Shown piece after piece: positions 1 through 8,002 of a DNA stretch of 20,000 nt. The translations under genes were made by a program, and so were the position numbers. The notes under the pieces were generated by a model. That model was given only the letters and a program-made list of their open reading frames with translations. It ran no database searches and was not told the origin of the DNA. The first letter of the stretch is position 1, and each line of letters begins with the position of its first letter. Origin of the DNA: an uncultured virus (IMG/VR IMGVR_UViG_3300018080_000162) (lineage: Duplodnaviria > Heunggongvirae > Uroviricota > Caudoviricetes); the IMG/VR virus record IMGVR_UViG_3300018080_000162; one strand, 5' to 3'.

Positions 1-1218
1 AAGGCAATTGTTGAAAAAGTCGCTCCGGTACTGGAAAAGGTACTTGGGGCCGATTCATTTGTGGAGGCGTCTTTCGATGACCCGCGCATCGAGCCTATCA
101 AAGAGCATTTGATGGTGGCGCGGGTCAAGTCGCGTCTGGTGAAAGACCACAATCTCGTCCTGCATATCAAGATGGAGGAAGAGGTTGTGGGCATCCAGCG
201 TTTCGGGGTCGAGGAGCGCGAGGCCAAGAAAGAGGAGCCGAAGGAAGAGCAGAAGGCCAAGGCCAAGCCGAAGGCCAAGAGCAAGCCCATTGACCGCAGC
301 AAGCACCAAATCTACGTCCCCAAGGTTTGCGAGAAAATCGAGCAGGTCGTTCTGGACGTGAATCCCAAGAACGTTATGATTTACGGGCCTACGGGCTGCG
401 GCAAAACCCTGCTGGTGACGCATCTGGCGAAGAAGCACAATGCGGAGTTGTTCCGCTTCCAGTGCCGTCCTGATTCCGATTCCCGTCTATTCTTTGGTGA
501 CAAGACTGTGGAAGTGGACGAGAAGACCGGACAGAATTTCATTAAGTTCATTAAGGGCCTTGTGGTCAAGGCTATGCAGCATGGGATTGACGAGAAGGGC
601 AACGAGACCGAGAAGTTCGGCTGGCTGCTTTTGGACGAGGTTGGTGTGCTTCCGGCGCAGGTGTTTGTGAGCTTGAACAGCGTTCTGGAGACGTTCAACG
701 ACCGTCGAGAGATTATCATCGAGGAGACGGGCGAGAGAATCAAGAGTCACAGCAAGTTTCGGATTTTCGCAACGGCGAACACACAGTTGCGCGGCCAGAC
801 TTCGCTGGCAATGGCCGGTTACATGGCGCAGACCGAAGCGGCTGATGCTTCCACGATTGACCGTTTCGGCGCATGGTTCCGGTTCGGCTATTCGAAGCTG
901 GCCGAGCTTCATATCTGCATGGAGAAGCTCGGTGACGACAAGTTGGTCGATTGCCTGTTGAAGTTTCGTGATGGCGTTCGTGACGGAATCAAGCAGAACA
1001 CCTTGCACACGCCGTTTTCCACGAGAGACCTTGTGGAAATCTGTGACCATTATCGCATCTATGGGAACATGGCTGACGCGCTCTATTACTCTGTGTTCAC
1101 GCGCCTGCCGGACGAAGAGGTTCCGAAGTACAATGAGTTGGCGACGGTGGCGTTCGGGCTGGACAGGGGCAAGAGCGTGGTGCAGCAATGCGAAGACGAT
1201 GACATGGATTACATGTAA
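1..1218 (+). CDS. AAA+ ATPase, MoxR/CobS/CbbQ-NirQ-NorQ type (5'-partial)
   Basis: Frame is open from base 1 (KAIVEKVAPV...), so the true start is upstream of the window. Walker A GPTGCGKT, Walker B LLLDEVG, sensor I FATAN, Arg-finger region STIDRF, C-terminal FSTRDL motif typical of CbbQ/CobS lids. Confidence 0.85.
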   Translation, partial: KAIVEKVAPVLEKVLGADSFVEASFDDPRIEPIKEHLMVARVKSRLVKDHNLVLHIKMEEEVVGIQRFGVEEREAKKEEPKEEQKAKAKPKAKSKPIDRSKHQIYVPKVCEKIEQVVLDVNPKNVMIYGPTGCGKTLLVTHLAKKHNAELFRFQCRPDSDSRLFFGDKTVEVDEKTGQNFIKFIKGLVVKAMQHGIDEKGNETEKFGWLLLDEVGVLPAQVFVSLNSVLETFNDRREIIIEETGERIKSHSKFRIFATANTQLRGQTSLAMAGYMAQTEAADASTIDRFGAWFRFGYSKLAELHICMEKLGDDKLVDCLLKFRDGVRDGIKQNTLHTPFSTRDLVEICDHYRIYGNMADALYYSVFTRLPDEEVPKYNELATVAFGLDRGKSVVQQCEDDDMDYM

Positions 1219-1240
1219 AGGAGTCGTGTTCTCCGCAATA

Positions 1241-1282
1241 GGGAAGGGAGGAATGTCCCGCCTCCCTTCCCGCCCTTCGGGG
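1241..1282 (+). other. Intergenic GC-rich hairpin plus a C(UUCG)G hairpin
   Basis: GGGAAGGGAGG (1241-1251) pairs perfectly with CCTCCCTTCCC (1261-1271), followed by CCC-TTCG-GGG (1273-1282). There is no long U tract, so it may be a stabiliser or processing site rather than a terminator. Confidence 0.55.
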
Positions 1283-1299
1283 TTTGAAAGGAAAGACCG

Positions 1300-1515
1300 A
1301 TGAAGAGCAAGTTGGACAAAGCGATTGAAATGACGGAGCATGAGCTTCAGAAGATGCCTAACGAGCAGCGCAAGCATATTGAAGTGTTGCTTCAGGCGGC
1401 GAAGCTGCTTCCGACATTTGTGGAAGATTTGAGGAGTCGGGATGTTGGTGAAAGATGGGCGCAGCTTATGGATTTGACCCGTGAACGGACTCCAGAGGAA
1501 GTGAGCAATGATTGA
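1300..1515 (+). CDS. Hypothetical protein, 71 aa
   Basis: GAAAGGA SD before ATG; overlaps the next gene by 8 nt. Confidence 0.75.
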   Translation: MKSKLDKAIEMTEHELQKMPNEQRKHIEVLLQAAKLLPTFVEDLRSRDVGERWAQLMDLTRERTPEEVSND

Positions 1516-1774
1516 CCTTCAGGAAGTCAAACAAGGTGGCGTTTTCAAGTTTGTGCGCATTGACGGCATGTATCGTTTTGTGCCGCCTGAAGGCTGTCAC
1601 GCCGATGCAGTTAAGGAAGGCGAGAAAGCGGAGTCGGCGGGTTTGATTGGGATTCGGGATGACTTCTGGAAGTTTCTGGATACGTGGTCGATTAGCCTGA
1701 GGGTGGGCACGAGCATTTGGGATGTTGATGGCCTGACGAGGCTGCTGGAAAGACCGCATCAGAGCCGATACTGA
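1508..1774 (+). CDS. Hypothetical protein, 88 aa
   Basis: GAGGA upstream; coupled to the previous gene. Confidence 0.75.
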   Translation: MIDLQEVKQGGVFKFVRIDGMYRFVPPEGCHADAVKEGEKAESAGLIGIRDDFWKFLDTWSISLRVGTSIWDVDGLTRLLERPHQSRY

Positions 1775-1825
1775 TTCCTCTTGTAGGGGGAAGACCAATG
1801 TAAAACTTAAATCTTTTGGATAATA

Positions 1826-1855
1826 TTGAGGAACGATTTTCGAATTGTGTATAAT
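1826..1855 (+). promoter_or_regulatory. Sigma70-like promoter
   Basis: TTGAGG (1826-1831), 18 nt, TATAAT (1850-1855) in TGTGTATAAT context, in an AT-rich gap. Confidence 0.55.
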
Positions 1856-1894
1856 AGGGTAGGAGACTCGAAAGTCTTTTGCCCTATTTCTATT

Positions 1895-2473
1895 ATGACC
1901 GAAGAAAGCAATCGTTATCTTGTTTACGCCTTGAAGCATCATTACGTCCATGCGGATGCTCCGAAGAAGTTGGGCGGTTACAAGATTCGGGGATGGGTCG
2001 ATGAGATTTACCGAGACGTTATCAACCGGCATATCGAGATTCAGGTTGGCAAGAACAAGTACGTTTTCGAGGAGCCGAACAGGATTGTGGAAGTGGACGG
2101 CGACGTGCTTTTCGTCTACGGTGGTGATAACGTTCGGGACGATGACGAGAGTTTGCTGAGAGAGTTTCGTGAAGTGACCATACGTGGCGGCGGGTTTGAC
2201 CGCGCCATGAAAAACTTGGAGCGCGGCTCCATTCTCCTTGTGCATTTCGAGGTTGCCCATGACCGCAAGAGACCTAAAACGAGACAGAAACCGGGGAGGC
2301 CTAAAAAGCGCGGCGTTAAAAAAGGGAGCACTCGAAAAAATAAAGCAACCAAGCGAAAAGCAGTACCAAAGCGCAAAGCAGCTACGAAGAAACTACGAAA
2401 TCACACCGCAGGGAATTCGAAGAAAAAGGCCAAGTGTGGGTCGAAACGAAAAGTGTCCATGCGGAAGTGTTGA
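1895..2473 (+). CDS. Hypothetical protein, 192 aa, with a Lys/Arg-rich histone-like C-terminal tail
   Basis: ATG 1895 is the first in-frame ATG after the promoter; the track's TTG 1826 lies inside the -35. Tail includes KKGSTRKNKATKRKAVPKRKAATKK. Confidence 0.65.
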   Translation: MTEESNRYLVYALKHHYVHADAPKKLGGYKIRGWVDEIYRDVINRHIEIQVGKNKYVFEEPNRIVEVDGDVLFVYGGDNVRDDDESLLREFREVTIRGGGFDRAMKNLERGSILLVHFEVAHDRKRPKTRQKPGRPKKRGVKKGSTRKNKATKRKAVPKRKAATKKLRNHTAGNSKKKAKCGSKRKVSMRKC

Positions 2474-2528
2474 TGAGAAGGGCAAGAGAAAAAAGTATAA
2501 GCATTGTTGCGGGAGGACGGAAACATGA
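2259..2528 (+). CDS. SEC-C motif (zinc-binding) protein, 89 aa
   Basis: C-terminal VGRNEKCPCGS...KKYKHCCG is a SEC-C motif; GAGGT SD at 2249-2253; its stop forms an ATGA overlap with the next gene. Confidence 0.7.
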   Translation: MTARDLKRDRNRGGLKSAALKKGALEKIKQPSEKQYQSAKQLRRNYEITPQGIRRKRPSVGRNEKCPCGSVDEKGKRKKYKHCCGRTET

Positions 2529-2896
2529 AACGTATCTGGATTACATTCCATCACAATCATTCCGAGTTTTACGGACAGGTCGAGGAGGAGCAGTTTCACT
2601 TGATTGGGCAGCGGCCCTTGGAGTTCCACAACGTTTTTCTCTTGAGGCAGTTTCCGCAGAAGTCAAATGTATCGGGCGCGGACGGTCGGCAGATGCAGGG
2701 GATGGGTTTGGGGTTCTCGCCGTTCGAGAGTCCGCTGGAGTCGAAAGTGGAAAAGCCCGTTACGTTCAACACTTCTCAATTTCTCTGCTGGAGCAAAGTC
2801 GAATCGCGAACGATTATCGAGACTTTGGCCCAAGCCTTGCTGACCGCCAAGCAGACTCGAACCGGCAAAAACCCGCCAAAAGCCGAAACCCGCTAA
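2525..2896 (+). CDS. Hypothetical protein, 123 aa
   Basis: GGGAGGA SD at 2511-2517; ATGA coupling at 2525-2528. Confidence 0.75.
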   Translation: MKRIWITFHHNHSEFYGQVEEEQFHLIGQRPLEFHNVFLLRQFPQKSNVSGADGRQMQGMGLGFSPFESPLESKVEKPVTFNTSQFLCWSKVESRTIIETLAQALLTAKQTRTGKNPPKAETR

Positions 2897-2945
2897 ATCG
2901 CCGTTCTGCGCGGTTTGTTTAACAGAATGCCCTGCGAGATTTTTC
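2897..2945 (+). repeat. Intergenic repeat R1, copy 1
   Basis: Core TTCTGCGCGGTTTGTTTAACAGAATGCCCTGCGAGA; AATGCCCTGC (2926-2935) also pairs with GCAGGGCATT (2949-2958). Confidence 0.9.
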
Positions 2946-3007
2946 AAAGCAGGGCATTTTCATGCCTGAGAATTATCGGTGGCAGGTCATTTTTTCTTTG
3001 AAAAAGT

Positions 3008-3040
3008 TTGCCGAGAATTTCCGAGCAATCCGTATAGAAG
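3008..3040 (+). promoter_or_regulatory. Repeated phage promoter motif P, copy 1
   Basis: TTGCCG-N8-CGAG-N4-CCGTATAGAAG, then GAAAGGA SD and ATG 3058. Confidence 0.8.
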
Positions 3041-3057
3041 GTTGAAAGGATAGAACG

Positions 3058-3408
3058 ATGTGTCGCTATAGTCCCGATAATCCCAAAAACCACTATGCTT
3101 GTCTGGATTGCCGAATCACGTTCAAGAAGCATGGCGGCGAGTATCCTTGTCCCAAGTGCGGCAAGATAATGGTCGCCTTGGGCAGGGATTTCAAGGCACC
3201 GCGCAAACAGAACAAAGCGCAGTGGGATAAGGTGCGCAAGCTGTTTGAAGCGGGTTTCGATTTTGATTCCTGCGGATGCGACGGCCCTGGTTATCGTCCG
3301 AAGTATCGGGCTGACGTGAAGCGGTTTCTGAAAGAGTCTCAAGAGGATGGCTACAGGTTTATACGTCCTGTTCAGAGTCATCGGCGAACGAAGAAATATC
3401 AATGGTAA
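3058..3408 (+). CDS. Zinc-ribbon hypothetical protein, 116 aa
   Basis: CLDC...CPKC plus GRDFKAP and CGCDGPGYRP; SD present. Confidence 0.8.
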   Translation: MCRYSPDNPKNHYACLDCRITFKKHGGEYPCPKCGKIMVALGRDFKAPRKQNKAQWDKVRKLFEAGFDFDSCGCDGPGYRPKYRADVKRFLKESQEDGYRFIRPVQSHRRTKKYQW

Positions 3409-3414
3409 TATTGA

Positions 3415-3493
3415 CAGGGTGTGGGGAAGTCTGGCCTAACCCGCTTGGTTTGGAACCAAGAGAACGCTGGTTCGAATCCAGCCGCCCTGACCA
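3415..3493 (+). tRNA. tRNA-Pro(TGG)
   Basis: Acceptor CAGGGTG/CGCCCTG, anticodon arm CTTGG-TTTGGAA-CCAAG, T arm GCTGG-TTCGAAT-CCAGC, G72/A73, encoded CCA. Confidence 0.92.
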
Positions 3494-3511
3494 ATTGAAA
3501 GGAGAGATGAC

Positions 3512-3979
3512 ATGAAGATGGAATGCAGCGAGTGTGGTGCCGTCATGGAAGTCGGGAAGGATGTTGTGTCGGTTCTTTGCAGTCTTTGCACCTGCCACGT
3601 GAAGGGCATTGCGGCTCCTTCGATGACGACTCCCAAACGGGCCGATGGGAGCTATCCTGTCCCCGTGGGCAAGGTGGTCGATGTTGCAAAGCCGGTTGAG
3701 GAGGAGAAGCCGAAACGCAAGCGGCAAAAGCGTGAGTCGAATCCCACGTATCGGGTGGTGATTCAGAAGAGTTCACAAAAGCCGAAGCGCGGAAAGAAGT
3801 CGATTTACGGCGCGATGATTCTGAGCTATCTCAGGGAACACCAGACGGCTGAGTTCAACGAGTTGCTGGCCCTGTACGAGCAGAAGAAGAACGGCAGCGG
3901 CAACGGTCGGCAGTTGATGAATTTCCGCGCTCTGATGTACTCGATGGAAAAGAGCGGCAAAGTTCAAGTGGTGGCATAG
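3512..3979 (+). CDS. Zinc-ribbon protein with basic linker and possible C-terminal winged helix, 155 aa
   Basis: CSEC...CSLC at the N-terminus; GAAAGGAG SD; the winged-helix call is inference from the helical pattern ending GKVQVV. Confidence 0.7.
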   Translation: MKMECSECGAVMEVGKDVVSVLCSLCTCHVKGIAAPSMTTPKRADGSYPVPVGKVVDVAKPVEEEKPKRKRQKRESNPTYRVVIQKSSQKPKRGKKSIYGAMILSYLREHQTAEFNELLALYEQKKNGSGNGRQLMNFRALMYSMEKSGKVQVVA

Positions 3980-3993
3980 AAAGGAAGTGTATC

Positions 3994-4269
3994 ATGGGCA
4001 GAATGTATGAAGCCGGAATCGCTGAAGCGGTGGGAGAGGGTTACATTGACCGAGAGCAGGGGTTGCGCCTGCATCTGAGCGCGAATTTTTATCCTCCGCA
4101 TCCGAGCTACGTGATTGACAGCACGGTGGAAGGGTTCAAGAAGTATTGGGCTGGAGAAATCAGTCTGGACGAGCTTCGAGAAGCCTGCTATCTGCGTGAT
4201 ACGGCAGGCCTCTACAAGTATTTCCACTGCTTCCTGCGTGAGGAAGACGGTGGTTTGATGGAAGACTGA
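3994..4269 (+). CDS. Hypothetical protein, 91 aa
   Basis: GAAAGGA SD; followed by a terminator. Confidence 0.8.
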   Translation: MGRMYEAGIAEAVGEGYIDREQGLRLHLSANFYPPHPSYVIDSTVEGFKKYWAGEISLDELREACYLRDTAGLYKYFHCFLREEDGGLMED

Positions 4270-4298
4270 GTGCATTCCCGTTCGTTCTCCTTTCACGT

Positions 4299-4330
4299 GT
4301 CCCCGACTGCAATGGTCGGGGACTTTTTTT
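4299..4330 (+). terminator. Intrinsic terminator
   Basis: GTCCCCGACT-GCAAT-GGTCGGGGAC followed by T7. Confidence 0.9.
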
Positions 4331-4347
4331 CAGTTCTTAGAAAATAA

Positions 4348-4380
4348 GTGCTGAAATTCTACGAGCAATCCGTATAGAAG
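4348..4380 (+). promoter_or_regulatory. Promoter motif P, copy 2
   Basis: GTGCTG-AAATTCTA-CGAG-CAAT-CCGTATAGAAG. Confidence 0.85.
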
Positions 4381-4416
4381 AGTGGATAGGAAACTATGAC
4401 AGAAAAGGAGAACGCT

Positions 4417-5337
4417 ATGGGTTACGAGGATGCACCTGCAACGCGAATGCTGGCGACTCATTGCATCATTTGTGGCAGGCCGCTGGTGGACGCAACGAGT
4501 GTGGAAGTAGGCATGGGGCCTGAGTGCAGGGGCTACGCTCCTGACAGCGGCCCTGAGCATGAGAAGGCCAACAAGCTGGTGTTCGAAGCGGCTCTGGCTG
4601 CACAGGCTGGACGCATCGAGGACGTGCTGGCTGCTGCTGACGAAATCGAGAAGGCGGGCTACGCGAAGCTGGCCGAGAAGGTGCGTAGGCGGTTCAAGAA
4701 GGGCGCGGCCAAGGCCCGTCGCAATCCTGACATCGAAATCGTCGTGGATGGTGACACGCTGCTTGTCAAAACCCCTTATCGCAGAAAGGGTTCTGACGAG
4801 TTCGTGCAGGCGTGGCGCGACATCCCCGGTCGGCGTTACGACCGCAATTCCAATCGCAACCGTATTCCCGTGACTGAGAAGGCCGCGCTGTGGGCATTGC
4901 TGCGGAAGTTCTTCGCAGGCAAGTACGGTATCGGCCCAAAGGGTGTCTTCCGCGTGGAGACCCCTGAGGCTGCGTCTGAGGCCTCTGAGGAGGCTTCCGA
5001 GGCGAAATCCGAGTCCAAGCCTGCGGCTCCCAAGAAACGCTCTTTACACGCGCTTCTGGCTGAGCGTGGGCATGAGCACGTGGGTTGCACGGAGTTCGAG
5101 ATTTGGGTGGAGTCCGAGCATGACGTGTGGGTGTGGGGATTCGGAACGTATCCGCGCTGGTCGGTGTTGGCTGGACAGGACATGCAGAAGCGCATCGAGG
5201 GTTTCGATTCTCTGGAAGAGGCCAAGGCGGTTTATCCGATGCTGCCTGTGGTTGATGGCAAGCCGATGAGGGTGGCGGCTTCGTCCGATGTGGCTCCTGA
5301 CTGGTTCGACCCGATGGCTGCTGGCGAAGAGTGGTAA
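4417..5337 (+). CDS. Multidomain phage protein with an N-terminal DUF6011-like Cys motif, 306 aa
   Basis: CIICGRPLVDATSVEVGMGPEC resembles DUF6011 (from memory). AAAGGAG at 4404-4410 favours ATG 4417 over 4396. A/S/E-rich linker separates a C-terminal domain. Confidence 0.75.
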   Translation: MGYEDAPATRMLATHCIICGRPLVDATSVEVGMGPECRGYAPDSGPEHEKANKLVFEAALAAQAGRIEDVLAAADEIEKAGYAKLAEKVRRRFKKGAAKARRNPDIEIVVDGDTLLVKTPYRRKGSDEFVQAWRDIPGRRYDRNSNRNRIPVTEKAALWALLRKFFAGKYGIGPKGVFRVETPEAASEASEEASEAKSESKPAAPKKRSLHALLAERGHEHVGCTEFEIWVESEHDVWVWGFGTYPRWSVLAGQDMQKRIEGFDSLEEAKAVYPMLPVVDGKPMRVAASSDVAPDWFDPMAAGEEW

Positions 5338-5365
5338 AGCGTTTTCCGTTGTTCTCCTTTCATGC

Positions 5366-5394
5366 GCCCGACTCTTGTGAGTCGGGCTTTTTTT
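5366..5394 (+). terminator. Intrinsic terminator
   Basis: GCCCGACTC-TTGT-GAGTCGGGC followed by T7. Confidence 0.9.
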
Positions 5395-5396
5395 AT

Positions 5397-5420
5397 GGTG
5401 TAACACTGTAACGGTGTAAC
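5397..5420 (+). repeat. Three tandem 8-mers NNTGTAAC, copy 1
   Basis: GGTGTAAC-ACTGTAAC-GGTGTAAC; identical block at 8899-8922. Confidence 0.85.
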
Positions 5421-5425
5421 AGGCG

Positions 5426-5485
5426 AAACTGGCGAAAACCCCGTTCTGCGCGGTTTGTTTAACAGAATGACCAGTGAGATTTTTC
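5426..5485 (+). repeat. Intergenic repeat R1, copy 2
   Basis: AAACTGGCGAAAACCCCGTTCTGCGCGGTTTGTTTAACAGAATGACCAGTGAGA. Confidence 0.9.
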
Positions 5486-5519
5486 GCTTAGAAACCATTT
5501 CGAGAAATTCAGAAAAATA

Positions 5520-5552
5520 GTGCTGAGAATTTTCGAGGCTTCCGTATAGAAG
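5520..5552 (+). promoter_or_regulatory. Promoter motif P, copy 3
   Basis: GTGCTG-AGAATTTT-CGAG-GCTT-CCGTATAGAAG. Confidence 0.85.
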
Positions 5553-5570
5553 AGTGAAAGGAGAAACGAA

Positions 5571-5909
5571 ATGAAACCGAGCAGGTGTCCCAAGTGCGGC
5601 AAGCGAAAGAGCAGGGATGCAATCCTGTGCAGAAAGTGTTTTGACAAAGCCATGTCGAACAAGAACCATGACTGGCGCGGCTTGTGGGCCGAGTTCAACA
5701 AAGCCACTGAAGAGCGTTGGGTGACGTGGCGATTCCAGCGCGGGAGAATCAAGAAGCTGGTGGAAAAGAAGTACCGGCGCAAAATTAACTGGCTCAAAGT
5801 CTGGCGCGAGTTCAACGACTGGTACAGGCAAGAAGCATGGTACAGCGGTTGGACGGCTCAGAAGAACAAAATCCGGCGCATCATAATCAGGCACGTTGAA
5901 GGTTGGTAA
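5571..5909 (+). CDS. Basic Trp-rich protein with an N-terminal CxxC...CxxC and an internal duplication, 112 aa
   Basis: CPKC...CRKC; repeated unit DWRGLWAEFN...W...IKKLVE / NWLKVWREFN...W...IRRII; GAAAGGAG SD. Confidence 0.8.
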   Translation: MKPSRCPKCGKRKSRDAILCRKCFDKAMSNKNHDWRGLWAEFNKATEERWVTWRFQRGRIKKLVEKKYRRKINWLKVWREFNDWYRQEAWYSGWTAQKNKIRRIIIRHVEGW

Positions 5910-5940
5910 GGGAACAGAGAACGCGAAAGGAGAGAAGTTT

Positions 5941-6822
5941 ATGACAATCACAGAGCGAAAAGTGGTTGAAATGCTGAGGGAAAACACAGGGGTTGCCATG
6001 TGCGATTCCGGTGGGACTCCGAAGTACGACAAGGACGGGAAGTACATCGGCAGCGAGTACGGCTACGGGCGAAGCTACGAGCGGAACCGTGGTCGGAAAT
6101 TCAAGGATGAGCCTGCTGCGGTGCTTGAGGGCGGCTACGGCGAAATCAGTGTGACCCGAAACGTTTTCCACTTCATCGTGGAAAATGCCACGTATGACGC
6201 CAAAGAGACGAAGCGGTTCAATCGGTGGGCCAAGCGCGTGGACAAAAACAATCACAAGGGCTGGCTTGAATTGATGGAAGCCTATCCCTACTGGCTGAGG
6301 GATGACAGGGGCCATGAGGTCGGCGGTCTGTACGGGGATGGCGAACCCTGCACGGTCAACACCTACAATGGTGAGTGCATCCTGAGCCAGACGCTTCAGT
6401 TCGTCCTGTTCACTATCGACGGGGAACAGAAAGTCCTGCTTCAGGTGCATGGCGGTTGTGACGTGCGCGGCGGTTACACGGCTCCGAAGATTTTCAGCAT
6501 CGAGGACTGTTTCCTGAATTATAACGATTCCGTCATCGTCTGCGAACGCCATGACCCACACAAGGGAGAGGGTGTGCTGCCGGGCATGAAAGAGGCCGTC
6601 GAGGAGCAGTATGAGCGGCATGAGTGGCGAACGGATGACGGGTATCATTGGTATCCTGATGGCATCTGCGGCAAGAACCACAAGCAGCTTGAGACTTACG
6701 AAATCCTGAAAGAGGAGGAGGAAGAGCAGGTCGCCGAGCGCGGGAAAGACAGAAAGATTCACGTGGACGAGGACGGCAATGCTTACTGTCCTCTGTGCGG
6801 CAACAAGCTGAAAGTGTTCTGA
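5941..6822 (+). CDS. Hypothetical phage protein, 293 aa
   Basis: AAAGGAG SD before ATG 5941; motifs ENTGxxMCDSGG, VNTYN, HGGCDVRGGYT and a C-terminal CPLC. Confidence 0.85.
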   Translation: MTITERKVVEMLRENTGVAMCDSGGTPKYDKDGKYIGSEYGYGRSYERNRGRKFKDEPAAVLEGGYGEISVTRNVFHFIVENATYDAKETKRFNRWAKRVDKNNHKGWLELMEAYPYWLRDDRGHEVGGLYGDGEPCTVNTYNGECILSQTLQFVLFTIDGEQKVLLQVHGGCDVRGGYTAPKIFSIEDCFLNYNDSVIVCERHDPHKGEGVLPGMKEAVEEQYERHEWRTDDGYHWYPDGICGKNHKQLETYEILKEEEEEQVAERGKDRKIHVDEDGNAYCPLCGNKLKVF

Positions 6823-6849
6823 GTTTTTCTTTTGACGTTCCTTTCGATG

Positions 6850-6879
6850 ACCCCTGTCCTGAGAAGACAGGGGTTTTTT
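6850..6879 (+). terminator. Intrinsic terminator
   Basis: ACCCCTGTC-CTGAGAA-GACAGGGGT followed by a T run. Confidence 0.9.
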
Positions 6880-6907
6880 ATTGGGCATACGTTTTTCTGT
6901 CATGGGC

Positions 6908-6966
6908 AAACTGGCGAAAACCCCATTTTGCGCGGTTGGTTTAACAGAATAGCGGGTGAGAAAAAT
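6908..6966 (+). repeat. Intergenic repeat R1, copy 3
   Basis: AAACTGGCGAAAACCCCATTTTGCGCGGTTGGTTTAACAGAATAGCGGGTGAGA. Confidence 0.9.
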
Positions 6967-7073
6967 CAAGTGCAGGTTGAAGTCGTCTTATAGCGTTATA
7001 CTTCGAAATGCTCAAAATCGCTCATAAACTATATGGAAATTATCGGTAGGAAGTCATTTTTTCTTTGAAAAAT

Positions 7074-7106
7074 CTGTTGAGATTTTCCGAGATTGCCGTA
7101 TAGAAG
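7074..7106 (+). promoter_or_regulatory. Promoter motif P, copy 4
   Basis: CTGTTG-AGATTTTC-CGAG-ATTG-CCGTATAGAAG; 7038-7120 is a near-duplicate of 2971-3052. Confidence 0.8.
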
Positions 7107-7125
7107 GTTGAAAGGAGAAACGGAT

Positions 7126-7935
7126 ATGAAGCTTTCAGAAATCGACAAGGTTGTGGAAGTTCCTTCGGATAAGGATGACAAAGGCCCTTACCGAATCGAG
7201 TTCGCGCCTGAGCCGTTTCTGGTGCTGGTGGCCGGACAGAAGGCTGAGAGCGCAATGGCGAAGTTCGACCACGCCAACATCGTCGCCAAGATGAACCACG
7301 TTCATAGCTTCAAGCATTACCGCAGAGGCGGCTCGAAGTTCTGGACGGAGAAAGCGGGCGTGGATTTCTACTTCGCCATTCCCAAGGACAGAATCGAGCT
7401 TGTCATGGAGCGTGGCTACAGCTACGTCAAGGTTCTCATCGGCGGGAAGAAATTCTCCTTGAACGTGAGCGGCGGCGGCGGGAAGACGTGGACGGATTAC
7501 GTGGGGACTATTTGCCACGTTTCGGTCGGACATTCCCGCAGTGACCTGAAGGTGCTGGCCGAGAATGCTTACTCTCCCAAGGAATGTTGGGAGAAGGGAA
7601 TCCGGTTCGATTTGAAGAAGCCGGACGAGCATGAGGAGCGGCGGTTCCGCTATCTGGTGGCGAAGAAGAGCCTTCCGAAGGTGCTGGAGCAGGGCAGCAA
7701 GGTCGTGCTCTACAACTGCACGTACCACGGCAAGAAAGAGGGTGTGACGGTCGAAGAGCGCATGGGTTACGTGCGCAAGCGGCAGGCTTACCGCTGCAAG
7801 GACGAGTACGGTTACGGGGTTCGGGTGAAGTTCTCCCAAATCGACTGGCTGAAGACGGCTGAGGTCAACGGAATCGAAATCACGGTGCCCGAAGCGTTCA
7901 ACCGCGTGGGCGTGTTCAAGGAAAGAGAGAAGTGA
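7126..7935 (+). CDS. Hypothetical protein, 269 aa
   Basis: GAAAGGAG SD before ATG 7126; the track's TTG 7093 lies inside the promoter. Confidence 0.85.
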   Translation: MKLSEIDKVVEVPSDKDDKGPYRIEFAPEPFLVLVAGQKAESAMAKFDHANIVAKMNHVHSFKHYRRGGSKFWTEKAGVDFYFAIPKDRIELVMERGYSYVKVLIGGKKFSLNVSGGGGKTWTDYVGTICHVSVGHSRSDLKVLAENAYSPKECWEKGIRFDLKKPDEHEERRFRYLVAKKSLPKVLEQGSKVVLYNCTYHGKKEGVTVEERMGYVRKRQAYRCKDEYGYGVRVKFSQIDWLKTAEVNGIEITVPEAFNRVGVFKEREK

Positions 7936-7950
7936 TTTTTCAGAAAAAGA

Positions 7951-7983
7951 GTGCTCAAAAACTACGAGCATTCCGTATAGAAG
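7951..7983 (+). promoter_or_regulatory. Promoter motif P, copy 5
   Basis: GTGCTC-AAAAACTA-CGAG-CATT-CCGTATAGAAG. Confidence 0.85.
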
Positions 7984-8002
7984 GGTAAAGGAGAAAAGAA
8001 CA

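Noticed and set aside
1..1218. Calling the AAA+ ATPase a true cobaltochelatase subunit (cobS)
   Set aside because: No cobalamin genes or VWA partner are visible in the window and phage CobS-like ATPases are not shown to be chelatases, so no gene symbol was assigned.
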